Assembly (NCBI GenBank): GCA_038249155.1
Contig: JBBRWN010000003.1
Location: forward strand, 43,724-107,723
DNA: 64,000 nucleotides
From: Burkholderiales bacterium
Lineage (GTDB): Bacteria > Pseudomonadota > Gammaproteobacteria > Burkholderiales > Burkholderiaceae_C
Direction of reading: 5' to 3'
Every line of letters starts with the position of its first letter. The stretch's first letter is position 1. The position numbers and the translations under genes are program-made. Shown piece by piece: positions 47,118 through 57,555 of the stretch. Under the pieces are notes generated by a model. The model ran no database searches, was not told where the DNA came from, and saw nothing but the letters and a program-made list of their open reading frames with translations.

Positions 47118-47900
47118 ATGATGGAAACCCTGAGCGCAACCCGCGAAAAATCAAAGATTTCGGTCAAAGACCTGAATTTTTACTACGGCAAATTCCACGC
47201 CCTCAAGGGCATCAACCTGGAAATTCCTGAAAAGAAGGTCACCGCCTTCATCGGCCCCTCGGGCTGCGGCAAATCGACGCTGCTGCGTATCTTCAACCGG
47301 ATGTACGAGCTGTATCCCGAGCAAAAGGCTGTCGGACAGGTACTGCTCGATGGCACCAACTTGCTCACTTCCAAGGAAGACGTGGCGCTGCTGCGCGCCA
47401 AGGTCGGCATGGTGTTCCAAAAGCCGACGCCGTTCCCGATGTCGATTTATGACAACATCGCCTTTGGCGTCAAGCTGTTTGACAACCTGAACGCCGCCGA
47501 CATGGACGACCGGGTCGAATGGGCGCTGCGCAAGGCGGCCCTCTGGAATGAGGTCAAGGACAAGCTCAACCAGAGCGGCTCCAGCCTGTCGGGCGGCCAG
47601 CAGCAGCGCCTGTGCATTGCGCGCGGCATTGCCATCAAGCCCGAAGTGCTGCTGCTCGACGAGCCCTGCTCGGCGCTGGACCCGATTTCCACGGCCAAGG
47701 TCGAAGAGCTGATTGCCGAGCTGAAAAACGACTACACCGTCGTCATCGTGACCCACAATATGCAGCAGGCGGCGCGCTGCAGCGACTACACCGCCTATAT
47801 GTACCTGGGCGATCTGGTCGAGTTCGGCGAGACGGAAGAGATATTCTTCAAGCCCAAGCGCAAAGAAACAGAAGACTACATTACCGGCCGCTTCGGCTGA
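47118..47900 (+). CDS. pstB: phosphate ABC transporter ATP-binding protein
   Basis: 260 aa. GPSGCGKST Walker [15 protein letters not shown] signature, [11 protein letters not shown]. Confidence 0.95.
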   Translation: MMETLSATREKSKISVKDLNFYYGKFHALKGINLEIPEKKVTAFIGPSGCGKSTLLRIFNRMYELYPEQKAVGQVLLDGTNLLTSKEDVALLRAKVGMVFQKPTPFPMSIYDNIAFGVKLFDNLNAADMDDRVEWALRKAALWNEVKDKLNQSGSSLSGGQQQRLCIARGIAIKPEVLLLDEPCSALDPISTAKVEELIAELKNDYTVVIVTHNMQQAARCSDYTAYMYLGDLVEFGETEEIFFKPKRKETEDYITGRFG

Positions 47901-47920
47901 TCCGGTGGAGGAGACACATC

Positions 47921-48622
47921 ATGGCAGACAAACATTTATCCACCCAGTTCGACAGCGAACTCAATGCGGTCTCGTCCCGCGTGATGGAGCTGGGCGGGCT
48001 GGTCGAAGCCCAGCTGCGGCTGGCGATTTACGCGCTCTCGCAGTTCAGCGCCGAGAGCGCCGACCAGGTGATCGAAACCGAGAGCCGCGTCAACGGCATG
48101 GAGCTGGACATTGACCGCGAGCTGTCCTCCATCATTGCCCGGCGCCAGCCGACGGCGCGCGACCTGCGCCTGCTGATCGCCATTTCAAAAACCACGGCCA
48201 ATCTGGAGCGCGCCGGCGACGAGGCCACCAAGATCGCCCGCATGGTCAAGTCCATCATCCAGAGCGGCTCGGCGCGCGTGCTGCCCTCGTCGGATTTGCG
48301 CGTGGCCGCCGAGCTGGCCTCGGGCCTGATGCGCAAGGCGCTGGACGCCTTTGCCCGGCTGGACACGGCGGCGGCGGTGTCCATCCTGAAGGAAGATGAC
48401 CAGATTGACGAGGAGTTCGACGGTTTTGTGCGCAAACTCATCACCTACATGATGGAAGACCCGCGCACCATCTCGGCCAGCCTGGACCTGCTGTTCATTG
48501 CCAAGGCGATTGAGCGGGTTGGCGACCATGCCAAGAACATCGCCGAATTCATCATCTACATCGTCAAGGGCGCCGATGTTCGGCACAGCCCGATGGACCA
48601 GGTCGAGTCAGCCGCCAAATAA
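47921..48622 (+). CDS. phoU: phosphate signalling complex protein PhoU
   Basis: ATG 47921. MADKHLSTQFDSELN... with two PhoU repeats (ARDLRLLIAISKTTANLERAGDEA and LLFIAKAIERVGDHAKNIAE). Confidence 0.93.
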   Translation: MADKHLSTQFDSELNAVSSRVMELGGLVEAQLRLAIYALSQFSAESADQVIETESRVNGMELDIDRELSSIIARRQPTARDLRLLIAISKTTANLERAGDEATKIARMVKSIIQSGSARVLPSSDLRVAAELASGLMRKALDAFARLDTAAAVSILKEDDQIDEEFDGFVRKLITYMMEDPRTISASLDLLFIAKAIERVGDHAKNIAEFIIYIVKGADVRHSPMDQVESAAK

Positions 48623-49350
48623 TGAAACACCTGCCACGCGTCCTGATTGTTGAAGATGAGCCTGCCATTGCCGAGCTGATCGCGGTGAATTTAAAGCACG
48701 GCGGTTTCAATCCCGTCGTGGCCTATGAAAGCGTCGCCGCCCAGCGCGAACTCGATGCGGCTTTGCCCGATGTGATTTTGCTCGACTGGATGCTGCCGGG
48801 CCAGAGCGGCGTGATGCTGGCGCGGCACTGGCGCAAGCAAGAGCGCACGAAGGCCATTCCCATCATCATGCTGACGGCGCGCGGCGATGAGACCGACAAG
48901 GTCGCCGGGCTCGACGCGGGCGCCGACGACTACATCACCAAGCCTTTTTCCACCCAGGAGCTGCTCGCGCGCATCCGCGCCGTGCTGCGCCGACGCACGC
49001 CCGAGTCCAGCAGCGACGCCGTGGTGAGTGTGGGCGCGCTGGTGCTCGACGCCGCCACCCACCGCACGACGCACCAGGGCCAGGAGCTCAAGCTCGGGCC
49101 CACCGAGTTCAAGCTGCTGCACTACCTGATGACGCATGCGGAGCGGGTCCACAGCCGTGCCAGCTTGCTCGACAAGGTCTGGGGCGACCATGTGTTCATT
49201 GAAGAGCGCACGGTGGATGTGCATGTCAAGCGCCTGCGCGAAGCCCTCGGCGCGGCCAGCGTCATGCTGGAGACGGTTCGCGGCGCTGGCTACCGGCTGA
49301 CCAAGGCCGTCGTGGCGCCTGCTGGCGCAGCCCCGTCACCGGGCCAATGA
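48622..49350 (+). CDS. phoB: phosphate regulon response regulator PhoB (OmpR family)
   Basis: 242 aa. Receiver domain with DVILLDWMLPG and an OmpR-type wHTH (VDVHVKRLREAL...VRGAGYRL). Confidence 0.92.
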   Translation: MKHLPRVLIVEDEPAIAELIAVNLKHGGFNPVVAYESVAAQRELDAALPDVILLDWMLPGQSGVMLARHWRKQERTKAIPIIMLTARGDETDKVAGLDAGADDYITKPFSTQELLARIRAVLRRRTPESSSDAVVSVGALVLDAATHRTTHQGQELKLGPTEFKLLHYLMTHAERVHSRASLLDKVWGDHVFIEERTVDVHVKRLREALGAASVMLETVRGAGYRLTKAVVAPAGAAPSPGQ

Positions 49351-50690
49351 TACGGCGCTGGCTGCTGCTGGCCGTCTGCGCCTTGACGGGCGGGGCCATC
49401 GGCTGGGGATTCATGCCTGGCAGCGGTCTGCCCTGGGGCTTGCTGCTGGGCGTGCTGGTCTGGCAAGTGCTGGACGCGCTGGCGCTGCAGCGGCTTTTGC
49501 GCTGGCTGCGCTCGGAGCAGAGCCATGAAACGCTGCTGCTCATGGCCAGTGCGCAGCCCCGGCTGGTCGGCGTCTGGGGCGAGGTGGCGGACCGGGTGCG
49601 CCGCCTGCTGAAAAAATGTGACCAGCAGTACGGCGACAGTCAGGCCCGGCTGCAAGAGTTTTTAGCCGCCCTGCAGGCTTCGCCCAACGGCGTGGTGCTG
49701 CTCGATGCCCAGGGCCGCATCGAGTGGTGCAACCAGATGGCCGCGCAGCATTTTGGTTTTGATGCCGAGCGTGACATCCAGCAGCACATTGCCAATCTGG
49801 TGCGTGAACCCGCCTTCAATGCGTATCTGACGCAGGGCGATTTTTCTCGGGATGTGGTGATTTCGGGCTACTTCAGTACACCCGCGCGGCCGGTCAAACT
49901 CTCGGCGCATGTCAGCGCTTACGGCGACAACCGCAAGCTGATGCTCTCGCGTGACATCACGGCGCTGGAGCAGGCCGAAGCCATGCGGCGCGATTTTGTC
50001 GCCAATGTGTCGCATGAAATCCGCACGCCGCTGACGGTGGTGGCCGGCTTCATCGAAACCCTGCAAAACCTGCCCCTGAAAAAAGCCGAGCGCGAGCGCT
50101 ATCTGGCGCTGATGGCCCAGCAGTCCCAGCGCATGCAGAGCCTGGTCAACGACTTGCTGACCCTGTCGCGCCTGGAGGGCAGCCCGCTGCCCGGCGCCAC
50201 CGAATGGGTGCTCAGCGCCTCGCTGCTGGCCCAGTGCGAGCAGGAGGCTGGGGCGCTGTCGAGTCTGCTGGCGCCGCAGGGTCACTGCCTGACGTTTGAG
50301 GCCGAGCAGGCCTGCGAACTGGCGGGCAACGCCAGCGAAATCCGCAGTGCTTTTTCCAATCTGGTGAACAACGCGGTGCGCTACACGCCTGAAAACGGGG
50401 TGATTGCCGTGAGCTGGACGGTGCTGGCCGACGGGCGCGGCGAGTTCCGCGTCGAGGATTCCGGCCCCGGCATTGCGCCTCAGCACCTGGCGCGCCTGAC
50501 CGAGCGCTTTTACCGGGTGGATCGCAGCCGCTCACGCGAGACTGGCGGCACCGGCTTGGGGCTGGCCATCGTCAAGCATGTGGCCCAGCGCCACGGCGCC
50601 GAGCTGAAGATCAGCAGCCAGCTGGGTCATGGATCGTGCTTTCGCATGATTTTCCCGGCCGTGCGGGTCCGGCCGCTTCAGTCTGCCTGA
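49347..50690 (+). CDS. phoR: phosphate regulon sensor histidine kinase PhoR
   Basis: 447 aa. TM, PAS, H-box FVANVSHEIRTPLT, and the N/G boxes (NLVNNAVRYTP, DSGPGI, GGTGLGLAIVKH). Confidence 0.9.
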   Translation: MIRRWLLLAVCALTGGAIGWGFMPGSGLPWGLLLGVLVWQVLDALALQRLLRWLRSEQSHETLLLMASAQPRLVGVWGEVADRVRRLLKKCDQQYGDSQARLQEFLAALQASPNGVVLLDAQGRIEWCNQMAAQHFGFDAERDIQQHIANLVREPAFNAYLTQGDFSRDVVISGYFSTPARPVKLSAHVSAYGDNRKLMLSRDITALEQAEAMRRDFVANVSHEIRTPLTVVAGFIETLQNLPLKKAERERYLALMAQQSQRMQSLVNDLLTLSRLEGSPLPGATEWVLSASLLAQCEQEAGALSSLLAPQGHCLTFEAEQACELAGNASEIRSAFSNLVNNAVRYTPENGVIAVSWTVLADGRGEFRVEDSGPGIAPQHLARLTERFYRVDRSRSRETGGTGLGLAIVKHVAQRHGAELKISSQLGHGSCFRMIFPAVRVRPLQSA

Positions 50691-52450
50691 TCCGGCTCAG
50701 GGTCGGTGGCCTGCCGGGGCGCGCTGCCCCTGCTCACGCGCTGGAACACCAGCATGCTTTCATTCCTGTCGGTGGGCTTGCGCACGGTGGCTTTGAAGGC
50801 CCAGTCCGGCAGGTTCACCACGCTGCCCAGGCGGGGCAGGGCGCTCACATGGACCACCAGATAAGGGCAGCTGACCTGGCTGGAGGTCTGGCGCAGTTCG
50901 AGCTTGCCGTGGTATTGCAGCGCCGCTGCCTGCGCGCTGCCGATGCCGTAAATTTCAACACAGCGCTTGGCATCGACCAGGCTGGCCACCTGGCGCGACA
51001 GCGGGCCCAGGCTGCGCGCATGGTCCAGCAGCGGCAGCCACAGCGTCATCAAGAGCAGCCAGCACAGCGTCGCGCCGCCCGCAGGCAGCACCAGGGATTT
51101 CCAGATCGCGGCGCGCTGGGCGCTGGTGCGCCATCTGACCAGCCAGATCCAGGCCAGCGTGGCCGCCACGGCAGAGGCAAAGGCGACCCCGGAAAAGCTC
51201 GGCTCAAAGCCGGGCGCCAGCTTGGCCACATTGGCCGCTGGCTGGCGCGGCACGCCGGTTTGCATGGCAATCCAGATCACCCAGATGACGAGGGCACAGC
51301 CGGTGAAAAACAGCAGCGTGAACCAGTCGATCAATGACGCCACGCTGCGCTTGAGCGTGGGCAGCGCAAAAGCGGCCAGCGCGGCCAGCGGTGGCAGGCC
51401 CAGCAGCAGGCTGCGATCCGGGGCGCTGGTGGTCAGTGCAGAGATCACGGCCATGCTGGCAAACCACAGCGGCAGCGCCACATGGCGGCTGGCCAGCTGG
51501 CGGCGCCAGCGCCACAGTGTCCACAGCGCCAGCGGCCAGGCCGGCCAGGTAAACCACAGCAGCAAGCGCCCCAGGTTGCGCCAGTCGGTCCAGGCCGACT
51601 CGGCGCGCGTGCCGGCAAGCGCGATGCGCCAGCGCCACAGGTCCAGCCTCAGGCTCACCAGCGCCACCAGCAGCGTGATGGCGGCAATCAACAGCACCCA
51701 GTGCCAGGACTGGCGCTGGCTGGCCGCGTCGCTGCCGGGGGTGCCCCAGCGCAGGTGACTTCGCTCGACCAGGGTGCCGCCGATGCCGAACAGCAAGGCC
51801 AGTGTCGGCGCGCCGCTCAGGGCCAGCCCGCCCAGGCCAATGAGTAGGCCCAGCGCCGGGCCGACGACCTGGGTGGCGCGCCGGTACGGGCTGGCCGCCA
51901 TCGCATAAAACGCCAGCGCGGTAAAGCCCAGTTGCGCCAGCGCGGGCGTGGTTTCGTGGGAAAACTGCGCCAGCCCCAGGCTGGCAATCAGCGCCAGCAG
52001 CCCGGCGTCGGCGATGGCCCGCGCATAGTCCACGGGATGCGCTTCGCCGCCAAAGGCAAACGCCACCGGCTGGGCTTGCGGGCTGCGCGCCAGGTAATAA
52101 ATGCCATACCAGGTGGCCAGCAGCGTCAGCGCCAGCAGCAGCATGAAGGGAATGCGCACGGCCGCCGCCGGGTCCAGAAAGGGCAGGATTTTGATGGCCA
52201 TAGCGCCCAGCCAGTAAGGCAGCAGCGCGTCAAAGCCGGTGGCCTGCCCGAGCAACTGCGGCTGCAGCCAGTGGGCGCCGGTGGAGGCGAGCTCGCGCAT
52301 CACGCCAAAGGCGGAAATATCCTCGTTCTTCCACGGGCCGCGCCCCAGAAAACCGGGCAGCACATAGGTCAGGCAAAACAGCAGCAGCGCCCAGCGTGGC
52401 AGGCGGCGAACGGCGGACTGGGCGATCAGGGCGGGGGAGGGCTTGTTCAA
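50678..52450 (-). CDS. polytopic membrane glycosyltransferase-like protein (GT39/ArnT-PMT-like)
   Basis: 590 aa with more than 12 TM and an N-terminal loop PGFLGRGPWKNEDISAFGVM. The assignment rests on architecture and is only tentative. Confidence 0.5.
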   Translation of the reverse strand: MNKPSPALIAQSAVRRLPRWALLLFCLTYVLPGFLGRGPWKNEDISAFGVMRELASTGAHWLQPQLLGQATGFDALLPYWLGAMAIKILPFLDPAAAVRIPFMLLLALTLLATWYGIYYLARSPQAQPVAFAFGGEAHPVDYARAIADAGLLALIASLGLAQFSHETTPALAQLGFTALAFYAMAASPYRRATQVVGPALGLLIGLGGLALSGAPTLALLFGIGGTLVERSHLRWGTPGSDAASQRQSWHWVLLIAAITLLVALVSLRLDLWRWRIALAGTRAESAWTDWRNLGRLLLWFTWPAWPLALWTLWRWRRQLASRHVALPLWFASMAVISALTTSAPDRSLLLGLPPLAALAAFALPTLKRSVASLIDWFTLLFFTGCALVIWVIWIAMQTGVPRQPAANVAKLAPGFEPSFSGVAFASAVAATLAWIWLVRWRTSAQRAAIWKSLVLPAGGATLCWLLLMTLWLPLLDHARSLGPLSRQVASLVDAKRCVEIYGIGSAQAAALQYHGKLELRQTSSQVSCPYLVVHVSALPRLGSVVNLPDWAFKATVRKPTDRNESMLVFQRVSRGSAPRQATDPEPDQAD

Positions 52451-52487
52451 AACGGGCAGGTGCTCAGGTGCTGGACAAATTTTGGCG

Positions 52488-52521
52488 AAAAAAAAGCAGC
52501 CTGAAACTCAGGCTGCTTTTT
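52488..52521. terminator. bidirectional rho-independent terminator after rpmE2
   Basis: AAAAAAAA-GCAGCCTGA-aac-TCAGGCTGC-TTTTT. Confidence 0.7.
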
Positions 52522-52548
52522 AGTGGCTGGCGAAAGGTTTTTCGCAGC

Positions 52549-52842
52549 TTATTCGGCAGCAACAGCGGCGGCTTCAGGCTCAGCGCTCTTGGCAGCGGTC
52601 TTGCCGAAACGGTTGCGGAAGCGCTCGACGCGGCCACCCATGTTGTCCACGGATTTTTGCGTGCCCGTGTAAAACGGATGCGATTCGCTGGACGTGTCCA
52701 GCTTGTACAGCGGCAGTTCGCGGCCGTCTTCCAAGGTGATCATTTCCTTGGTGTTGACGCACGAACGGGTCACGAACTTGAAGTTGTTGGACAAGTCCAT
52801 AAAACAAACTTCGCGGTAGTTGGGGTGAATGCCTTCTTTCAT
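52549..52842 (-). CDS. rpmE2: 50S ribosomal protein L31, type B (non-zinc paralogue)
   Basis: ATG 52842. [60 protein letters not shown]. It lacks the CxxC zinc ribbon of type A. Confidence 0.9.
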   Translation of the reverse strand: MKEGIHPNYREVCFMDLSNNFKFVTRSCVNTKEMITLEDGRELPLYKLDTSSESHPFYTGTQKSVDNMGGRVERFRNRFGKTAAKSAEPEAAAVAAE

Positions 52843-52925
52843 GATTCTCTTTCCTTTTTCATCGTTTTGGGAGCCACCCGGAACCGTTCCGGGCACTTTC
52901 CAGTTAGCCCGCGATTATCGCATTT

Positions 52926-54188
52926 TTAGCCGCCCCGGCGCATCATGTCGAAGAACTCGTGGTTGTTCTTGGTGGCCTTCATGTTTTTGAGCATGAGTTC
53001 CATCGATTCGATCTCGTCCATGTTGTACATGAACTGGCGCAGGATGCGCGACTTCTGCAGGATTTCCGGCGCCAAGAGTAACTCTTCCTTGCGCGTGCCG
53101 CTGCGGTTGAGGTTGATGGCTGGGAACACACGCTTTTCATAGAGGCGCCGGTCCAGGTGGATTTCGCAGTTGCCGGTGCCCTTGAACTCTTCAAAAATCA
53201 CCTCGTCCATGCGGCTGCCGGTGTCGATCAGCGCGGTGCCGATGATGGTGAGCGAGCCGCCTTCTTCGATCTTGCGCGCCGCGCCGAAAAAGCGTTTCGG
53301 GCGCTGCAGCGCGTTGGCGTCCACGCCGCCGGTCAGCACCTTGCCGGATGAGGGCAGGACGTTGTTGTAAGCGCGTGCCAGGCGGGTGATGGAGTCGAGC
53401 AAAATCACCACGTCCTTGCCGAGTTCGACCAGGCGTTTGGCACGCTCGATCACCATTTCGGCCACATGGACGTGGCGCGCGGCGGGCTCGTCAAACGTCG
53501 AAGAAATCACCTCGCCGCGCACGCTGCGCTGCATTTCCGTCACTTCTTCCGGGCGCTCATCGACCAGCAATACCATCATGACGATGTCGGGGTAGTTGGC
53601 GGTGATGGCGTGGGCGATGTTTTGCATCATCACCGTCTTGCCGGACTTGGGCGGCGCGACCAAAAGAGCGCGCTGGCCCTTGCCGATGGGCGCGATGATG
53701 TCGATGATGCGGCTGGTCAGGTTTTCCTCGCCCTTCATGTCGCGCTCCAGCTTGAACTGCTCGCGCGGAAACAGCGGCGTCAGGTTCTCGAACATGACCT
53801 TGTGCTTGTTGTCCTCGGGCGCGCCGTCGTTGATGCGATCTAACTTGTTCAGCGCAAAGTAGCGCTCGCCGTCCTTGGGCGTGCGCACTTCGCCCTCGAT
53901 CATGTCGCCGGTGTGTAAATTAAAACGGCGGATCTGGCTCGGGCTGATGTAGATGTCGTCGGTCGAGGCGGTGTAGCTCGAATCGGGCGCGCGCAGAAAG
54001 CCAAAACCATCGGGCAGCACTTCCAGCACGCCATCGGCGACGATGGTTTCGCCGGTCTTGGCGCGCTTTTTGATGATGGCGAACATCAGTTCCTGCTTGC
54101 GCATACGGCCGACATTTTCGATCTCAAGGGCTTCGGCCTGCTTGAGGACTTCAGACACGTGCAGCGCCTTGAGTTCGTTTAAGTGCAT
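52926..54188 (-). CDS. rho: transcription termination factor Rho
   Basis: ATG 54188. [41 protein letters not shown]...GFGFLR...PPKSGKT. Confidence 0.96.
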   Translation of the reverse strand: MHLNELKALHVSEVLKQAEALEIENVGRMRKQELMFAIIKKRAKTGETIVADGVLEVLPDGFGFLRAPDSSYTASTDDIYISPSQIRRFNLHTGDMIEGEVRTPKDGERYFALNKLDRINDGAPEDNKHKVMFENLTPLFPREQFKLERDMKGEENLTSRIIDIIAPIGKGQRALLVAPPKSGKTVMMQNIAHAITANYPDIVMMVLLVDERPEEVTEMQRSVRGEVISSTFDEPAARHVHVAEMVIERAKRLVELGKDVVILLDSITRLARAYNNVLPSSGKVLTGGVDANALQRPKRFFGAARKIEEGGSLTIIGTALIDTGSRMDEVIFEEFKGTGNCEIHLDRRLYEKRVFPAINLNRSGTRKEELLLAPEILQKSRILRQFMYNMDEIESMELMLKNMKATKNNHEFFDMMRRGG

Positions 54189-54450
54189 GGGATGACTCCA
54201 GACGGAGTTGATTGGGAAAAAACGGGGGGAGGTTTGAAAAGAAGCTGCTTCTGAACAAGAAGGCTGACAAACCGTGAACTCGAACCCGCCTGGAGCAGAG
54301 GGCGGGTGAATAAAGCGCATTATGACAGGAAATTCAGATTTGGCGCTGTGGCAGACACGACGCCGCTGCGGGCGCCTGGCAGCGACTCCGACAGGGCGGC
54401 GCCACGCTACAGGCGCTGAAAGCGCCGCCGGGCGCTTTCAGCGAGAAAAC

Positions 54451-54783
54451 TCAGGCCAGTTGCTGGTCGATGAAGGCGGTCAGCTGGGACTTGCTCAGGG
54501 CGCCGACCTTGGTGGCGGCCAGTTCGCCGTTCTTGAACAGCATCAGCGTCGGGATGCCGCGAATGCCGAACTTGGCGGGAATTTCGCGGTTTTCATCGAC
54601 ATTCATCTTGGCAATTTTCAGCTTGCCATCGTAAGCGGTGGCCACTTCATCAAGAATGGGGGCAATCATCTTGCAGGGGCCGCACCATTCGGCCCAGTAA
54701 TCGACCAGCACGGGGGTGGCGGATTTCAGCACGTCGGCTTCAAAGCTGGCATCGGTGGTGTTTTTAATCAGTTCATTGGCCAT
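54451..54783 (-). CDS. trxA: thioredoxin
   Basis: 110 aa with the WAEWCGPCK active site. Confidence 0.96.
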   Translation of the reverse strand: MANELIKNTTDASFEADVLKSATPVLVDYWAEWCGPCKMIAPILDEVATAYDGKLKIAKMNVDENREIPAKFGIRGIPTLMLFKNGELAATKVGALSKSQLTAFIDQQLA

Positions 54784-54948
54784 GAAGGCTCCTTGGGTCG
54801 GGTGATTGAATACGAAATAAGGCTAAAGTCGCGGTTATTGTGGCAGAAACCAACCCGATTCCCGGCTGCCGGGGCTATCGCCGCGATAGCTTATTTTTGC
54901 CTCGCGGCGCCTGCGCTTTTTGTGGCGCCTCTTACCTCTTTCCACGCC

Positions 54949-57555
54949 ATGCCCCTGCACGCCTTTTCTGATCCTCTTGACTTTGAGCTGGCACCCACGC
55001 CTTCAGTCCGATGCTGGCGCCAGGCCATGGCCAGGCTGGCCGACATTCTCGAAGAACGCCAGCTGCACCCGGCCGAGGCCGTGGTGCTGGTGCCCTACGC
55101 CCAGCTGATCCAGCACGCGCTGCGCGCCTGGGCCGAAATCGCTGGCGGCAGCGCCTTTGTGCCGCGTTTTGAAACCACGATGAACTGGGCCACCGGCCTG
55201 GGCGGCACGCTGGGCATGTTTACGCCCTCGGGCGTCGATTTGCGCATGGATGTGTCCGTCGATATGCTGACCGCCGCTTCGCTGCTCACGCAAGCGGGGC
55301 TGGGCGCGCAGCAAGACGTGCTGACCGGGCGCCTGGTCGAAGCCGCCTGGAGTCTGGGCCGCGTCGCCGCCGCCGTGCGCCCCGCCGAGCGCCAGGCCTG
55401 GCGCGAGTCGCTGGCCGAGGCGCTGGGCGTCGGGCTGGACTCGCCGGTGCTGGCGCTGGAGGTGGCCGTCGGGCGCATTGCGCTGGTCTGGGCCGCCGCC
55501 TCGTCTTATGCGTCCGACCGGCTGTTTCAGGCCGAGCCGGCGCTGTTCGTGGTGCTCGAAGGTTTTCAAAGCGAGCCGGTCAGCGAGGCGCTGCGCGCCC
55601 ATTTTGGCGAGCGCGCTTTTTCAATTGCCCTGTGCCCGCCGCTGCACGAATTTGCGCTGCCCGACGCGCCGCTGCCCGCGCTGCATGCCGCCCAAGACGC
55701 CGAAGACGAGGCCGCCCGCGCCGCAGCCTGCGTGCTGGCCCATCTGGCGCAGGGGCGCAGCCCAGTCGCGCTGATTGCCCAGGACCGCCAGCTCACGCGC
55801 CGCGTCGGCGCCATGCTGGCCCAGCGCGGCATTGCGATGCGCGACGAAACCGGCTGGAAGCTCTCCACCACCCGCGCCGCCGCCACGCTGATGGGCCTGC
55901 TGCGTGCGCTGGTCTGGGACGTTTCCACCGACGCCGTGCTCGACTGGCTGAAAAACGCCCCAGCCTTTCCGGCTGGCCCGCTGGCGGCTGCTGAAAGCGA
56001 GCTGCGCAAGGCCGGCGTGCGCGTCTGGCGCGATTTGCCGTCCAAGCCGCTGCCGATGTTTGCTGCCGCCCAACTGCTGGCCGCGCAGGTCAACGCCTTG
56101 CGCGCCGCGCTGTTTCGCCCGCGCCCGCTGGGCGTGTGGCTGAGCGACCTGCGCGCCGCCCTGAGCGGCACCGGCCAGTGGGACAGCCTGATGCGCGACG
56201 AGGCCGGCCAGCGCGTGCTCGACGTGCTGCGCCTGCACGAAGGCGCCGAGCAGGAATTTGCCGACCAGCTGAGCGCGATGAAGCTGAACGAATTCACCAG
56301 CTGGGTCAATCAGGCGCTGGAAGCGCAAACCTTCTCGCCCGAGCATCCCGCCGCCGAGCAGGTGGTGATTTTTCCGCTGCCGCAACTACTGGCGCGTCCG
56401 GTGCAGGCCGTGGTGCTGCCCGGCTGCGACGAGTTGCGCCTGCCGGTCTCCCCAGAGCCGCCCGGCCACTGGACGCCAACCCAGCGCGAATTGCTCGGCC
56501 TGCCATCGCGAGACGCGCTGACCGGCGCCGCCCGCCAGGCCTGGGAATACGCGCTGCAACTGCCGCACCTCGATGTGCTCTGGCGCACCAGCGAAGCGGG
56601 CGAACACCTGATGCCCAGCGGCTTTATTCAGGAATTGCTGCTGACGCGCCATCTGGAAAGCAGCGCAGCGCCCGACCCGCGCAGCCTGCGCCCCGTCGCC
56701 GCCCATCCGACGCTGCCCCCGCTACCCAGCGGCGAGGCGCTGCCGGTGGCGCGCCTCTCGGCCAGCGCCTACGACGACCTGCGCCGCTGCCCGTACCGCT
56801 TTTTCGCGCTGCGCCAGCTCAAGCTGCAATCGCACGACGAGCTTGAAGGCGAGTTGAGCAAGCGCGATTTCGGCAACTGGCTGCACAGCCTGCTGCATAT
56901 CTTCCACGAAGCCCTCAAAGCCACGCCCACGCCGGGCCTCCCCGAGCGCAGCCGGATGATGAACGCCGCCGCCGCCCAGGCCACGCGCCAGCTCGGCCTG
57001 AGCGGCGACAGCGAATTTCTGCCTTTTGCCGCCGCCTGGGCGCCGGTGCGCGACGGCTACCTAGCCTGGCTGGCCGGGCATGAAGCGACCGGCGCCGCCT
57101 TCGACATCGCCGAGCAGTGGCTGGAAATGCCGCTGGGCACGCCGCCGGGCGCGCTCACGCTGGTCGGCAAAATCGACCGCATCGACCTGCAAAGCGACGG
57201 CCAGCAACTGCTCATCGACTACAAGACCGAGCCGCGCACCACCACCGCCCAGCGCATTAACAGCGGCGCCGAAGACACCCAGCTGGCGTTCTACGCCGCG
57301 CTGATTCCCGACGACACGCTGGCCGCCGCCTACGTCAACCTCGGCGAAAAAGAGCCCACCCGCACCTACGACCAGCCCGACATCGTCGAGCTGCGCGACA
57401 CCCTGATTGAAAACATTCTGCAGGACATGGCACGCATTGCTGAAGGCGAAAAACTGCCCGCCCTCGGCGAAGGCAGCGCCTGCGACTACTGCGCCGCACG
57501 CGGCCTGTGCCGCAAGGATTTCTGGCGCGAAGACACCCAAGGAGACCAGCCATGA
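54949..57555 (+). CDS. addB: PD-(D/E)XK nuclease family protein, AddB-like subunit
   Basis: ATG 54949 (MPLHAFSDPLDFELAP...). The upstream part of the 1077-aa track ORF is antisense to trxA. C-terminal nuclease/Fe-S features: LLIDYKTE and CDYCAARGLCRKDFW. Confidence 0.75.
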   Translation: MPLHAFSDPLDFELAPTPSVRCWRQAMARLADILEERQLHPAEAVVLVPYAQLIQHALRAWAEIAGGSAFVPRFETTMNWATGLGGTLGMFTPSGVDLRMDVSVDMLTAASLLTQAGLGAQQDVLTGRLVEAAWSLGRVAAAVRPAERQAWRESLAEALGVGLDSPVLALEVAVGRIALVWAAASSYASDRLFQAEPALFVVLEGFQSEPVSEALRAHFGERAFSIALCPPLHEFALPDAPLPALHAAQDAEDEAARAAACVLAHLAQGRSPVALIAQDRQLTRRVGAMLAQRGIAMRDETGWKLSTTRAAATLMGLLRALVWDVSTDAVLDWLKNAPAFPAGPLAAAESELRKAGVRVWRDLPSKPLPMFAAAQLLAAQVNALRAALFRPRPLGVWLSDLRAALSGTGQWDSLMRDEAGQRVLDVLRLHEGAEQEFADQLSAMKLNEFTSWVNQALEAQTFSPEHPAAEQVVIFPLPQLLARPVQAVVLPGCDELRLPVSPEPPGHWTPTQRELLGLPSRDALTGAARQAWEYALQLPHLDVLWRTSEAGEHLMPSGFIQELLLTRHLESSAAPDPRSLRPVAAHPTLPPLPSGEALPVARLSASAYDDLRRCPYRFFALRQLKLQSHDELEGELSKRDFGNWLHSLLHIFHEALKATPTPGLPERSRMMNAAAAQATRQLGLSGDSEFLPFAAAWAPVRDGYLAWLAGHEATGAAFDIAEQWLEMPLGTPPGALTLVGKIDRIDLQSDGQQLLIDYKTEPRTTTAQRINSGAEDTQLAFYAALIPDDTLAAAYVNLGEKEPTRTYDQPDIVELRDTLIENILQDMARIAEGEKLPALGEGSACDYCAARGLCRKDFWREDTQGDQP

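Noticed and set aside
44185-47154. Minus-strand ORFs 44185..45198, 45179..45727 and 46147..47154
   Set aside because: They are antisense to pstS, pstC and pstA respectively and have no motifs.
49662-50486. 274-aa minus-strand ORF
   Set aside because: It is antisense to phoR.
54322-54948. N-terminal 209 codons of the 1077-aa ORF
   Set aside because: It is antisense to trxA and its promoter region. The AddB-like homology starts at ATG 54949.
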